Origin: Candidatus Heimdallarchaeota archaeon | Lineage (GTDB): Archaea > Asgardarchaeota > Heimdallarchaeia > Hodarchaeales > Hodarchaeaceae | DNA length: 64,000 nt | Assembly: GCA_019057635.1 (NCBI GenBank) | Contig: DXJL01000066.1 | Span: forward strand, 7,541-71,540 | Direction of reading: 5' to 3' | Part shown: positions 49,649 to 59,548 of the stretch, one piece after another | Layout of the letters: the number at the start of each line of letters is the position of its first letter | How positions within the stretch are numbered: position 1 is the first letter of the stretch | The notes under the pieces: generated by a model | The model's input: the letters and a program-made list of their open reading frames with translations, nothing else | What the model was told of the DNA's origin: nothing | Database searches by the model: none | Position numbers and translations under genes: made by a program

Positions 49649-52600
49649 ATGAGAGCTGGTCTATTTGTTCTTGATAAGGGTCAATCTATCGTGATATTAT
49701 TTTTGTTTGTATCACCCATACTTGTAACCACAAATAATTCATCTATATCCTCATTAATAGGAATGACCGATCCTGATAATAGGTTAATGTCGTTGGCTTC
49801 AAGAACCAACGTTCAAAATGAGTTACCTGACATTCAACCAAGCATTCAATCCAGTTCTACAAACAATAATCGAATCCCGTATTCCTGTGAACAAAATACC
49901 AGTGTTGATCTTACTAGCAAAAAGTTCTTTTCGATTAATACATCGGAAACTAGTAACATTCTTGTAGAATCAACCCCGATATCATCATCGTTCCTCATTC
50001 ATTCTGGTGTCTCAGAAGAGAGAATTTCTTGGCAAAACGATATTGAGCCTGAATATGGCGATGTAGAAATCTTTAAAAATCTCTCTGCATTTTTCCCGTA
50101 TTATCGTCTGAATTTTTCAGAAAATAATGTTACTCCAGTGTCAGGAGTAACAAATACTGATTTTAATGTAACAGCTAATCCATCACCATGTAATTTCTCA
50201 ACAGAATTTTTATTCGAATATAGAATTCCCTTCATAAACAGTACGTTGATTAATGAAATTCATTCCTTAGTTTTGGAACTAAGGTTCAATGATGCCTCTT
50301 TAAATTTCATAATTGCTGACAAAGGTAGTTATTTCGGGACTCCTGTTGAGGAGAATGTTTACAAACCTGGTACCAATTCATTATATATTCTGTGTAATGA
50401 AACAGACCAATCTGATTGGATTTTCAAAAATTATAATATTACACATTTAATTACTCAATACTTCCTCCCCTCCGAATATTCTTTTTTCTCTCGGTTAGAA
50501 ACCGTGTTTTGCTATATGTTTGCCTTCATTCCTGAATTCCACATTAGTTTAGACATTAAGGTGATTAATTATACTACTATATTGTCTCCTAATGAAAGTG
50601 CAGTGATATATACTATTGGCGAAACAGAAATTCAGAGTGAAAATGGAAGTCTGAAATATGAATTTCTTGGTAGTAATATATCACTTCAAGCCAGAGAAAA
50701 TACTTTGTGGTATAATTACCAGATAACGATGTTCAATGTAGTTATAACACGATATATTGAAGTTTTTACTAGACCCCAACTGATTAGTTGGAATAACACT
50801 TTTGTGCGAGTCAATTTGAATCTATCTATTCCCCAGCTTTTCTCTCAGTCTCTTTCTAGTCGACTATTCATAACTCTTCCCTTGGATTGGATCCTCCTCA
50901 ATAATAGAAACAGTTCAATACCTTTTGAAACATTAGGGCTTTTAGAAATCCCCTCTGATAATTTGACTGGTCAACTATATTGTTTTTCGATTCAAAATCT
51001 TGAGACTTTTTTATTACAAAGCTGGGTTCCAAACTATATAAAAAATATTGAAGCTCCAACTATTGTCTCATATTATGAGAAGATTCAAGTTCTAGGAAGC
51101 TTATTACAGCCAACAACAGGAGTCTTGCATCTCTATTTAATGAATAATACAGTTTTTCATCATGATACTACAATTTGTATGTTGAATGGTAGTTTCATAT
51201 TTTCTATGATAAGTATTGATGATATTTATCCATTAGGAGTCATTAATCTACTAATCAATCTGTCTTCTAATTATCAATTTGGAATATATCAACAAATACT
51301 TCACATTCACTCGGGGGAGGAAACCTCCGCCCGTATTAATCTCTTCACACCTGAAGTTCTTGAGATATACCAATACGATCCGATCTTTCTGAACCTCTCA
51401 CTGGAAAAGAATGGATTAAAATACTTAGAAGAGTCAACAATGGTTATTCTAGTAATAGGAGAGTTTATACATCAATTAAATCAATCTATCAATGGATTTT
51501 TCCATCTCACAGTAAACCATGTAGTCTGGCCACCACAACAGAGCAATGTCACTGTTATTGCATCAAATGGTGGAGATTTTTTTGCATCAAAATACATAAA
51601 TATAACGATTTATCCTATAGTTGTTGATTGGGATATTCAAAGGATTCCAGAAGTACAAAATCCTGATAGTAATCTTTCTTTGGGAGTAAATGTATTTATA
51701 AGTCCACAAGAGGGTGGTACGAATTGGCCCTTATCTGGGGTGGATTTAACGATCTGGGTTAACAGTACATTGATTCATCAGTGTCCAACTAATGATTTTG
51801 GGTATGCTGACGTCATTATATCATCCAGAAATTACCACACTTCAAACCTTTTAAATCTAATTATCATTGCGAAATTAGAAAATATCATACTTAAGATGAA
51901 TACCTTTACAATCTCAATATCTAATGATTCTACCGAGACTGACAGAATTCATCCCTATCTCGATGAAATTATGAAAACTCCGATAGTCAGTAATAAGAGT
52001 TTTTTTTGTATTTACCATGTTATGTATCCTACTAATGGTTCTCAATGGTTTGTTTCCCATGATAATTATCAAGGTACTCCAATTTCTGCCTATTTAATGA
52101 GAAATAATATTGTTTTAGAGATTGAAGTCACAGATCAATTAATTACTTGGGATCTTGTCAGTTCTCCAACGAATAATGATACTTTAGTCGTGGAATTTCT
52201 GGGGCCGTTTGTTACTTTTTCAGTCTCGCAAGGAGTTTCGAGTTATGATTTACATATTGAAAGTTTCTCGAATTCTACAATTTCTAATTATACAATAATA
52301 TTGGATTTGGATTTCATTGATTTTCCTTTGAGTAAAATCGTTTTACGAGATTTTCTTAAGAGAGATATTACAAATAAGTTTGAAGTCGAACTTATAGACA
52401 CACATATTCACTTAAAATTCTTAAATATTATTAATGGGATAATTGTCAACTACTATCTTGAGATCCAATTTGATACCCCTAATATCGAAATACTGACTAA
52501 TTTTATGGAGAATTATGCATATGACGGCCTTATCACTGGAAAATGGAGATTTACTTCTTCCAGTGAGTTTTCCTATTCGGTTTCATATACAATTTCGAAC

Positions 52601-53173
52601 CAATCTAGATCTGAGTGTCGAAATACAACTATAATTCCCCTTCCGAATAACACGTTCATTGTAGAAGCCTTTTTTCCAAGATTCAAATGGAATTCATCTG
52701 TTTTTGTAACCTTGAAGTTAAATTTCCCAAATGGAGCAATTTCTACAAGTCCTGGACAATTCTTTACTATCATTGATCCCTATCCTCCTGATTATTCTTT
52801 TTATCTTGAATCCCACGACGAAATTATCAATCTTCATATAATCACAGCTGAACCTGAGTCAGGATCAGGAGTCCAAAGAATAATCGGTAAATATCTTGGA
52901 ATTCAGTATAATTCATCGGTTTTAAACACAAATCATCATCTGATTGAACTTCCAAGAAATAATTCTCAATTTGGGGTGATTAATGTTATAATATCAGATT
53001 GGGCTGGGAATGAAAATTCCTTTAATATTGATTTGAAATCTGAGTTGGAATCCCAACCTATGAGAGAGAAACTAGATCCTTCGTTATTCCTCCCATCGCT
53101 ATTCTCTCTAATGTCAATTTGTGGAATTTTGGCTTTTAAGTTCATAAGAAAAAGACAATCTTCTATTCTGTGA
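49649..53173 (+). CDS. 1174-aa sequon-rich surface protein with a class III-like signal peptide and a C-terminal TM anchor
   Basis: N-terminus MRAGLFVLDKG/QSIVILFLFVSPILV; C-terminus LFSLMSICGILAFKFIRKRQ. Dozens of N-x-S/T sequons. Confidence 0.6.
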   Translation: MRAGLFVLDKGQSIVILFLFVSPILVTTNNSSISSLIGMTDPDNRLMSLASRTNVQNELPDIQPSIQSSSTNNNRIPYSCEQNTSVDLTSKKFFSINTSETSNILVESTPISSSFLIHSGVSEERISWQNDIEPEYGDVEIFKNLSAFFPYYRLNFSENNVTPVSGVTNTDFNVTANPSPCNFSTEFLFEYRIPFINSTLINEIHSLVLELRFNDASLNFIIADKGSYFGTPVEENVYKPGTNSLYILCNETDQSDWIFKNYNITHLITQYFLPSEYSFFSRLETVFCYMFAFIPEFHISLDIKVINYTTILSPNESAVIYTIGETEIQSENGSLKYEFLGSNISLQARENTLWYNYQITMFNVVITRYIEVFTRPQLISWNNTFVRVNLNLSIPQLFSQSLSSRLFITLPLDWILLNNRNSSIPFETLGLLEIPSDNLTGQLYCFSIQNLETFLLQSWVPNYIKNIEAPTIVSYYEKIQVLGSLLQPTTGVLHLYLMNNTVFHHDTTICMLNGSFIFSMISIDDIYPLGVINLLINLSSNYQFGIYQQILHIHSGEETSARINLFTPEVLEIYQYDPIFLNLSLEKNGLKYLEESTMVILVIGEFIHQLNQSINGFFHLTVNHVVWPPQQSNVTVIASNGGDFFASKYINITIYPIVVDWDIQRIPEVQNPDSNLSLGVNVFISPQEGGTNWPLSGVDLTIWVNSTLIHQCPTNDFGYADVIISSRNYHTSNLLNLIIIAKLENIILKMNTFTISISNDSTETDRIHPYLDEIMKTPIVSNKSFFCIYHVMYPTNGSQWFVSHDNYQGTPISAYLMRNNIVLEIEVTDQLITWDLVSSPTNNDTLVVEFLGPFVTFSVSQGVSSYDLHIESFSNSTISNYTIILDLDFIDFPLSKIVLRDFLKRDITNKFEVELIDTHIHLKFLNIINGIIVNYYLEIQFDTPNIEILTNFMENYAYDGLITGKWRFTSSSEFSYSVSYTISNQSRSECRNTTIIPLPNNTFIVEAFFPRFKWNSSVFVTLKLNFPNGAISTSPGQFFTIIDPYPPDYSFYLESHDEIINLHIITAEPESGSGVQRIIGKYLGIQYNSSVLNTNHHLIELPRNNSQFGVINVIISDWAGNENSFNIDLKSELESQPMREKLDPSLFLPSLFSLMSICGILAFKFIRKRQSSIL

Positions 53174-53180
53174 GCTAACT

Positions 53181-54599
53181 ATGATGATCTTGAGAGAAAA
53201 AAATCAAATCTGGAGAGTATTGTTATTCAGTTTTTTTATTGGATGTTTTTTCATTATCAGTATGTTCAGCATTTTTTTTTCTGGAGAAACTCAATATTCC
53301 TCAAATTACATGTTCACATTGATAATTGGAAACATAATTCCCATTGCAATCGCGTGTCTGTTGATTTTCTATGAACTGAATATATTTTCATTTGAAAGAA
53401 AAAAACTAATGACAATTAAAGGAGGGAAGGTGCTATTCATTCCCCGATTCAATTTGTATTTAAGTATATTTGAGTGTAGTTCAGTATCAGATGTTTTTGT
53501 CGAGGGGTTAGATTTATTAAATGCGTTGAATAGGTATTCAATTGAAATAGATGGAATTAATAATAGATTAAGGGTGTTTTTTTATTCAAATTCAATAATT
53601 GAATTGTCTAGATACATAGAGGAAGCCAAACCATTACTTGATACAATCTTTCCCAATTTACTGTTACTAACTGCTTCTTCTCTAAAAGAAGGATTTCTAA
53701 ATTATTCGCTTAAGAGGATGGGGGATTATCGTGCGATAAAACAAGGGCATTATTTGATCATTCCAGAAAAAGAACAAAACTTTCTCTTAAAAAGTCCGAA
53801 AAATTATACACATGTCATAAATTATAACTCTCAAGCAAGTTCTGAGGAAAAAGCAAATAAATTTGAGTCCATCCAGCTCTATTCTTTCATTAGATTTGAA
53901 GAAGCATCATTTTTCGATTTTTTTGGGAGAATGTGTTTTACCGATAGAAATATGTTTTTTACTGACATAGTTGAAGAAAATCTTCTTTTACGCGCAATAA
54001 TTCGGTATAAACTTATTGGTTTTAACTCTATTTCGGATAATGAGGGAATAATTAACTTACAACAAAAATTAAATGCATTAAATATGGGAAATAATGCTGT
54101 AGAATATCCTGACAAATTTATACCGCCTCTAGCCGCTCTGAGCGAACATAATCCTGATTCATCAAATTTTCTTTCAATTAATCAGAAATTTAATCAAATT
54201 TGCATGGAATTATGTAACATTTCTCGGAGTTCAATGGATGAGGCAGTTAAAGCAAAGAATTGCGTTGATAGGGCAAGTTTTTGTAAAAAACTTTTAATCA
54301 ATCAAAATTTCGCAAATTTCCTTAGTGAACTTGTTGATGGTGAAGACGATCAAAGAAAAGACACTATATTATCTGATCTTCTAAGACATGTGTCTTTTCA
54401 TCAAATTCATTGTTTATTAGCACAGTTCATTGCTTCTTACGACTCTGATAATCTCGATAAGCAAATTATTAAATTATTGCATGTTTTAATACAAAAACAA
54501 CTCGAAATTAATAGTATTGAAGGAGATTCGGGGAGAAATTACTTTTCAGTTGTAGAATCTTTTCATCAAAGACTGAATCACGGGACAAACATTGCGTGA
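53181..54599 (+). CDS. Membrane-anchored (2 N-terminal TM) protein; function unknown
   Basis: Starts 7 nt after the 1174-aa ORF. No recognisable motif. Confidence 0.45.
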   Translation: MMILREKNQIWRVLLFSFFIGCFFIISMFSIFFSGETQYSSNYMFTLIIGNIIPIAIACLLIFYELNIFSFERKKLMTIKGGKVLFIPRFNLYLSIFECSSVSDVFVEGLDLLNALNRYSIEIDGINNRLRVFFYSNSIIELSRYIEEAKPLLDTIFPNLLLLTASSLKEGFLNYSLKRMGDYRAIKQGHYLIIPEKEQNFLLKSPKNYTHVINYNSQASSEEKANKFESIQLYSFIRFEEASFFDFFGRMCFTDRNMFFTDIVEENLLLRAIIRYKLIGFNSISDNEGIINLQQKLNALNMGNNAVEYPDKFIPPLAALSEHNPDSSNFLSINQKFNQICMELCNISRSSMDEAVKAKNCVDRASFCKKLLINQNFANFLSELVDGEDDQRKDTILSDLLRHVSFHQIHCLLAQFIASYDSDNLDKQIIKLLHVLIQKQLEINSIEGDSGRNYFSVVESFHQRLNHGTNIA

Positions 54600-54698
54600 C
54601 GGATTGTCAATACGTTATTTAGGAATGTCACCGTCTAAAATGAAATTTTTAGACATTATTAGTAAAAAATGACTCTTATTCAACAAATAAGTTGGAAG

Positions 54699-54833
54699 TG
54701 GGCCCACCCGGATTTGAACCGGGGATCTCTCGGTTTCTATCGGCAGCCTGGGAAACCAGTTGCGTTATCAGCATCACCCGCCCAGAAAAATTTCTGAACG
54801 TCGAGCGCTTTAACCAGGCTAAGCCATGGGCCC
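54699..54833 (-). tRNA. tRNA-Ile(GAU) with two introns (30/31 and 37/38)
   Basis: Exons 54833-54802, 54772-54766 and 54734-54699. They join to GGGCCCATGGCTTAGCCTGGTTAAAGCGCTCG-GCTGATA-ACCGAGAGATCCCCGGTTCAAATCCGGGTGGGCCCA, a standard archaeal tRNA-Ile cloverleaf. Confidence 0.8.
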
Positions 54834-54894
54834 AATAATATTCCACTAAAATGACATCTATCTTCGTTTTACTTGATTAAATAAAGGTTATGGA

Positions 54895-55296
54895 TTATCG
54901 ATAACTCTTTGTATATTTTGCACGTGCTCCAGGTCCTCCGAAATGCTTTGGCTCTCTTCTTCTTGGATCACCAACAATCATATGTCTGTCATAATTCATG
55001 AATTTTACACGTAATGCTTCCGAATCAGTCCAAGCTAAAATTGCTCTAGCGATTGCAGTTCTAGCTGCATCAGCTTGACCCATAAACCCACCACCTTTAA
55101 CCTTAACCTTTATTTCAATTTTATTTTTAATTTTCTCATCCAGAAAATATAGCGGTTCAAGTAATTTCATTCTCACAAATTCTGGTTCAATAATCTCTAT
55201 AGGTTTACCATTGATTAATACTCTACCCTTTCCTTCTTTGATTATTGCACGAGCAATTGCCGTTCTTCGTTTTCCACTTCGTAGTAGACTTTTCAA
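54895..55296 (-). CDS. rps9: Ribosomal protein uS9
   Basis: GKRRTAIARAII...GGGFMGQADAARTAIARA...KYTKSYR. Confidence 0.95.
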   Translation of the reverse strand: MKSLLRSGKRRTAIARAIIKEGKGRVLINGKPIEIIEPEFVRMKLLEPLYFLDEKIKNKIEIKVKVKGGGFMGQADAARTAIARAILAWTDSEALRVKFMNYDRHMIVGDPRRREPKHFGGPGARAKYTKSYR

Positions 55297-55306
55297 AATT
55301 TTCCCT

Positions 55307-55753
55307 TCATATCTTTTTATTCAATTCTCCTAGTGATATATAGGAGGATTTTGGGTTGTTAAGCAGAGTACCACTTGGAACTTCAAGTTCTTGATCTTTG
55401 AATAATCCGGGTAAGCGGTTAAATACCTTTAACCGCTTGTATGCCTCTTTACCTCTGCTTTTTTTGTATGGAAGCATCCCTCTTACGGTCCTTTTTAATA
55501 TCTGGTCAGGTTTTCTAGGGTTGAAGGGACCTTGCAAAGGATTTGATTTCGTTTTAATATGATACCGATCGAGATATTTTTTAGCAACTGAACCAGGATT
55601 GCCTGAAATTAAGGCTTTCTCTGCATTTACGATTATGATTTTTTCCCCAGATAATAATCGTTTAGCTACTATACTAGCTAATCGTCCGATAATTGTATCT
55701 TCAGCATTTATGATTTTTGAGTCATCAATTGTAATATCGTTCATTTTTCTCAT
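55307..55753 (-). CDS. rpl13: Ribosomal protein uL13
   Basis: IIGRLASIVAKRLL...RTVRGMLP motifs. Confidence 0.93.
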   Translation of the reverse strand: MRKMNDITIDDSKIINAEDTIIGRLASIVAKRLLSGEKIIIVNAEKALISGNPGSVAKKYLDRYHIKTKSNPLQGPFNPRKPDQILKRTVRGMLPYKKSRGKEAYKRLKVFNRLPGLFKDQELEVPSGTLLNNPKSSYISLGELNKKI

Positions 55754-55761
55754 TCCATTTG

Positions 55762-56127
55762 TTATTTCAGTAGTCGAACATTGGTACCTTTTGGATTTGT
55801 CTTAATAAGTTCTTCAAACGATAGACATTGACCACCTATTGAAAGAATCTTTTCTTTTGCAGATTCAGAGAAGCTTTCTGCGGCTATACTCAATTTATGT
55901 TTTAATATTCCTGCTCCTAGGATTTTTCCTGGAACGACTATTACATCCCCGGGAGAGGACACTCTATTTATATGAGATAGGTTAATTGCAATGCGATTTC
56001 TGTTTGCAGATGAGAGTTCTTTACTTAATCTTCTCCAAATATTCGCCTCGTTCCGTATCCCGACCTGATTAATTGATCTAATTAATGAAGTTTTGTTTGG
56101 GTCAGTTCTTGTATCTGTTTTCAACAA
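55762..56127 (-). CDS. rpl18e: Ribosomal protein eL18
   Basis: NIWRRLSKEL...VVPGKILGAG pattern and the rpoD-L18e-L13-S9 order. Confidence 0.9.
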   Translation of the reverse strand: MLKTDTRTDPNKTSLIRSINQVGIRNEANIWRRLSKELSSANRNRIAINLSHINRVSSPGDVIVVPGKILGAGILKHKLSIAAESFSESAKEKILSIGGQCLSFEELIKTNPKGTNVRLLK

Positions 56128-56135
56128 TATCCCTT

Positions 56136-56936
56136 CTAAAATTCTTCAACATTAACTTTAAATTCGTTTGCTTTCTCATTTAATATTTTGAGAGCTTTAA
56201 GTAATATATCTTTCGTACTGAGAGCACCTGTGCTTTCCACGGTGAAAATAAAGTCTGTTCCTGTTGTTGAGACAAAAACAGCATCGGTTTCACAGATATC
56301 TACACATTGATTGCAGAGACTGCAGTTGATAACATTTTCTGCGTAAATTTTTCCATTTTCAATTTTAATTATATCACGAGGACATACTTCCACACATTCT
56401 CCGCAGTATGTGCAATTTTTTTCATTGAATTTGACAACTGGGTAGTATTTATATGAAACTGTAGATGTTGGTTGCCATTTTGCATGTTCCATTCCGCGCC
56501 CTAATCTTGCTATTGCTTCGAGAAAGATTTTTTGATTCTTTGCCATTTTCAAAATCGGGATATTCAGGAAAACTGGTCCAATTTTTGGATCTTGCGATAA
56601 TAGACTATTTGAATATACAATTTCAATATCCTTTTCTCCTAATACCTCTAAAGTTAACGATACTTCACATGAAGTACAGCCTTGTCCCCCACATTCACAT
56701 TCTGTAGGTAAAACGTAACTAGCTAGATCTGTTTTAAGAGGTAGGAGACCAAGACGATGCGCTACAATTTCGTCATAAAGAGGGGTTGTATTTTCAATGA
56801 TAATTACCTCATCGATCGCCATAGTCGGTACCTCACTCATTATAAGCCGACGTAAGGTATTTGCGAAAGTAGGAGTAATACCAGAGAGAACAAACTTCAC
56901 ATAATTCTCATGCTGTTCTATTATCTCTAGTTCCAT
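56136..56936 (-). CDS. rpoD: DNA-directed RNA polymerase subunit D (Rpb3-like) with a 4Fe-4S domain
   Basis: FANTLRRLIMSEVPTMAID plus inserted CTYCGECVEVCP / CSLCNQCVDIC cluster motifs. Confidence 0.93.
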   Translation of the reverse strand: MELEIIEQHENYVKFVLSGITPTFANTLRRLIMSEVPTMAIDEVIIIENTTPLYDEIVAHRLGLLPLKTDLASYVLPTECECGGQGCTSCEVSLTLEVLGEKDIEIVYSNSLLSQDPKIGPVFLNIPILKMAKNQKIFLEAIARLGRGMEHAKWQPTSTVSYKYYPVVKFNEKNCTYCGECVEVCPRDIIKIENGKIYAENVINCSLCNQCVDICETDAVFVSTTGTDFIFTVESTGALSTKDILLKALKILNEKANEFKVNVEEF

Positions 56937-57521
56937 TATTGTCCATCTGCTGCATAATTATTTAATCTAATATAATCTATTGAGGTTGAACGTAAAATTA
57001 CATGAGGATAATTCTTCTTTATCCGTCACAAGGGTAAAATTACGTTATTATGTCCAGTTTGGCAACACTTGAGTTATCTTTAAATGTTTTTTTCTGTATC
57101 TGGTTTCTTTTTGAGTGAATTGGTGTTTTATCAGTTTAAAATGGATTAAAGACGATTTAATGGAAATATTCGCTAATTAATATAATATCTGAACACCATT
57201 ATTAATAATCTCTTAATTGAATTCCAAATCTTAGAGAATTCAAGCAGCTTTGTTCATCTAGAATATGCATAGTCTGAAAAGGGGAGATTTGTGATTGATT
57301 TGATCTAAACCAGCCCCAACTATTTTTCACAAATTCATCCATTTAACATCTTTTCTGTATCGATAAAGAAAGGATAAGATTGATCTAAAAGAACTACTTC
57401 ATATCCATTAAGAGGAAGTCCTTTCAGGGATTTTTAATCCACTACTTGTATTTATTCAATGAATTTAGGAGATTATAAGTAAGACTGTACACACTACATT
57501 AGTTTGTTCATGGTGTTTTAG

Positions 57522-57800
57522 ATGCTTATTTACTATTTAAGCCAGTGGGACGACTATATAAGAGGGTGGCAACTTCTTATCGAATCTGGAGATCAGATCT
57601 TATGGACTTTGCTAGTCTTAATCGCTTGGCTAGTCCGAGCTATTTCACTTATAATGTTATTAATTCGTCTTGGGGATAGGATGGTTCGGAATAAAAAAGA
57701 AATTGAGTTAAATATTGTAGCTACAGGAATTACATTTCTAATTGTTACAGTTCCATTTTTTTTAGCGGGACTTCCCTTAATTTATCCTTTTATTCCATAA
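57522..57800 (+). CDS. Small membrane protein; function unknown
   Basis: Two or three hydrophobic helices. Overlaps the 3' end of ksgA by 11 nt, convergently. Confidence 0.3.
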   Translation: MLIYYLSQWDDYIRGWQLLIESGDQILWTLLVLIAWLVRAISLIMLLIRLGDRMVRNKKEIELNIVATGITFLIVTVPFFLAGLPLIYPFIP

Positions 57801-58689
57801 AATCGCTGAAATTCTTAATTTCAAAATTCTCCTCAATCATCTGACGGTAATCTAAGTAAAATGCGACGATTTCATCAGGTGAAATATGAATCGTCTTTTT
57901 TTGAGACAATTCTAGCGAATCGAGAAGATTTCGATATTTAACTCTGAATCTAGAATCCAGCTTTTTTTGATAGACCATCAAATTATTACGTGCTTTCTTA
58001 TTTTTTCGACAGAAAAGTGCCGTTAAAAAAACAAAAAATGATTTTTCTCTAACAATATCTGATGAATCAATGAGTACTCCTCGCACAAGGCATGAAGATA
58101 CTTGAGGTTTAGGAAAGAAATAATCAGATGAAAGAGTAGTAATTTTCTCAAATTTATAGAAATAAGATGAGAAGACAGATAATCTGCTATACTCCTTCGT
58201 ACTTACTTCTGCACACAGATGACTAGCGAATTCTTCCTGAAGGGTAAGTACTACTACTTTGGGAGGATTAAGTAAATTTGAAATCTTCCATATTACGGGG
58301 GAGGAAATTGAATATGGGAGATTAGAAACAATTTTTCCTTTGGGAATATCTTTTTTTTTGAGAAAATCACCTGAAATTACCTTTAATCGCTTATTGTAAG
58401 AAAAAAATTCTTTTTTAAGCACAGAAGCCAATATCGGATCGATTTCATAAGTTATAACATTTTTTGCCTTTTGTAATAAATAGTAGGTTAAGGTTCCAAT
58501 ACCTCCCCCAATCTCTACGATTGTCTCATTATCTTTAATCTGCGCAGATAAAAGGATCTTTTCAACTAGTTCTTTTTTAACAACAAAATTTTGACCATGT
58601 GGTTTATGGGGAGTGATAGCGTAATCGGTGAGTATTGATTGAGTGTAATTCTTCAAGTCACCCTCGTTTAGAAAGTGGAAGCGGTTCAA
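57790..58689 (-). CDS. ksgA: 16S rRNA dimethyladenosine transferase KsgA/Dim1
   Basis: HGQNFVV, EIGGGIGTLT and SNLPYSISSP motifs. Confidence 0.9.
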   Translation of the reverse strand: MNRFHFLNEGDLKNYTQSILTDYAITPHKPHGQNFVVKKELVEKILLSAQIKDNETIVEIGGGIGTLTYYLLQKAKNVITYEIDPILASVLKKEFFSYNKRLKVISGDFLKKKDIPKGKIVSNLPYSISSPVIWKISNLLNPPKVVVLTLQEEFASHLCAEVSTKEYSRLSVFSSYFYKFEKITTLSSDYFFPKPQVSSCLVRGVLIDSSDIVREKSFFVFLTALFCRKNKKARNNLMVYQKKLDSRFRVKYRNLLDSLELSQKKTIHISPDEIVAFYLDYRQMIEENFEIKNFSDFME

Positions 58690-58695
58690 ACTAAA

Positions 58696-59298
58696 TCATT
58701 TCTGTTTTTGGATAAAAAGCTGATATTTTTCTTCTCCCTGGATCTCTTGTAGGATTCGATTTGAAAATAAACCAATAGGATCCGAGATCCCAGTTCTTTC
58801 TGTGAAATCATCGAGATCTTTAAATTCCATTTTTCTTCGTGCTTCAAGAATTTGCCAAAGACGTTTATTTCCTATGCCTGGTAATAGTTGAAGTTGATGC
58901 ATTTGAGTAGTTAATGGACGAGCACGATTTAAAAAATTGATGAATCTTGATTCTGATAGTATTACGATTTTTTTAATCATTTCAGGAAGAATATCCACAG
59001 CAGAATCTGATAATTCATTAAATCCTATTCTATTTATTTTTAATACATCTGATTTTATTGCAGAAACATCTAACGTTTGACCTGCTTGAATATTTTTTCC
59101 TCTGGCCAGAATTATATCAAAAAACGCCAAACGATTGATCGAAATTACAACTGCCAACGGATTATAAGCTTCAGCAGATCTCCGACTTAATGATTTACCC
59201 TGAGGGTAATAATCTAAGACAAGAACTTTACCTATTCCCTGTTTATTTCTGGGTGGAAATCTTTTTCCTTTTTTTGATCCTTCCACTTGTCTTTTCAT
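58696..59298 (-). CDS. DUF655-family protein (OB-like N-domain plus HhH), conserved partner of KsgA
   Basis: VLVLDYYPQGKS... N-terminus, C-terminal LLPGIGNKRLWQILEAR helix-hairpin-helix. Position upstream of ksgA. Confidence 0.75.
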   Translation of the reverse strand: MKRQVEGSKKGKRFPPRNKQGIGKVLVLDYYPQGKSLSRRSAEAYNPLAVVISINRLAFFDIILARGKNIQAGQTLDVSAIKSDVLKINRIGFNELSDSAVDILPEMIKKIVILSESRFINFLNRARPLTTQMHQLQLLPGIGNKRLWQILEARRKMEFKDLDDFTERTGISDPIGLFSNRILQEIQGEEKYQLFIQKQK

Positions 59299-59548
59299 CA
59301 GTTTTATTCCTCTAGCCTTATCATTTGCGGAAATAATTCATTTTAAGTTATTTTTTTTGGGGGGGTGTTTGGCTTTTATATTTTCATAATAATTTTCCCC
59401 CTTTTTCTCGTTTGAATATAAATGGAACTGTATAATAGCACTCTTGCCCTGTTGCTTGGTAAAATCAAAGAGCTTCATTTTCATATATGTCTCTCATTCT
59501 TTCTTTAGTTTAGATATTAGTATATATCGTATTCTACCTGTGAATACG

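Noticed and set aside
59444-59548. 35-aa N-terminal extension of the TFB-like ORF
   Set aside because: It is hydrophobic and low-complexity, and it precedes the Zn ribbon. TFB proteins start a few residues before the ribbon, so ATG 59549 is preferred.
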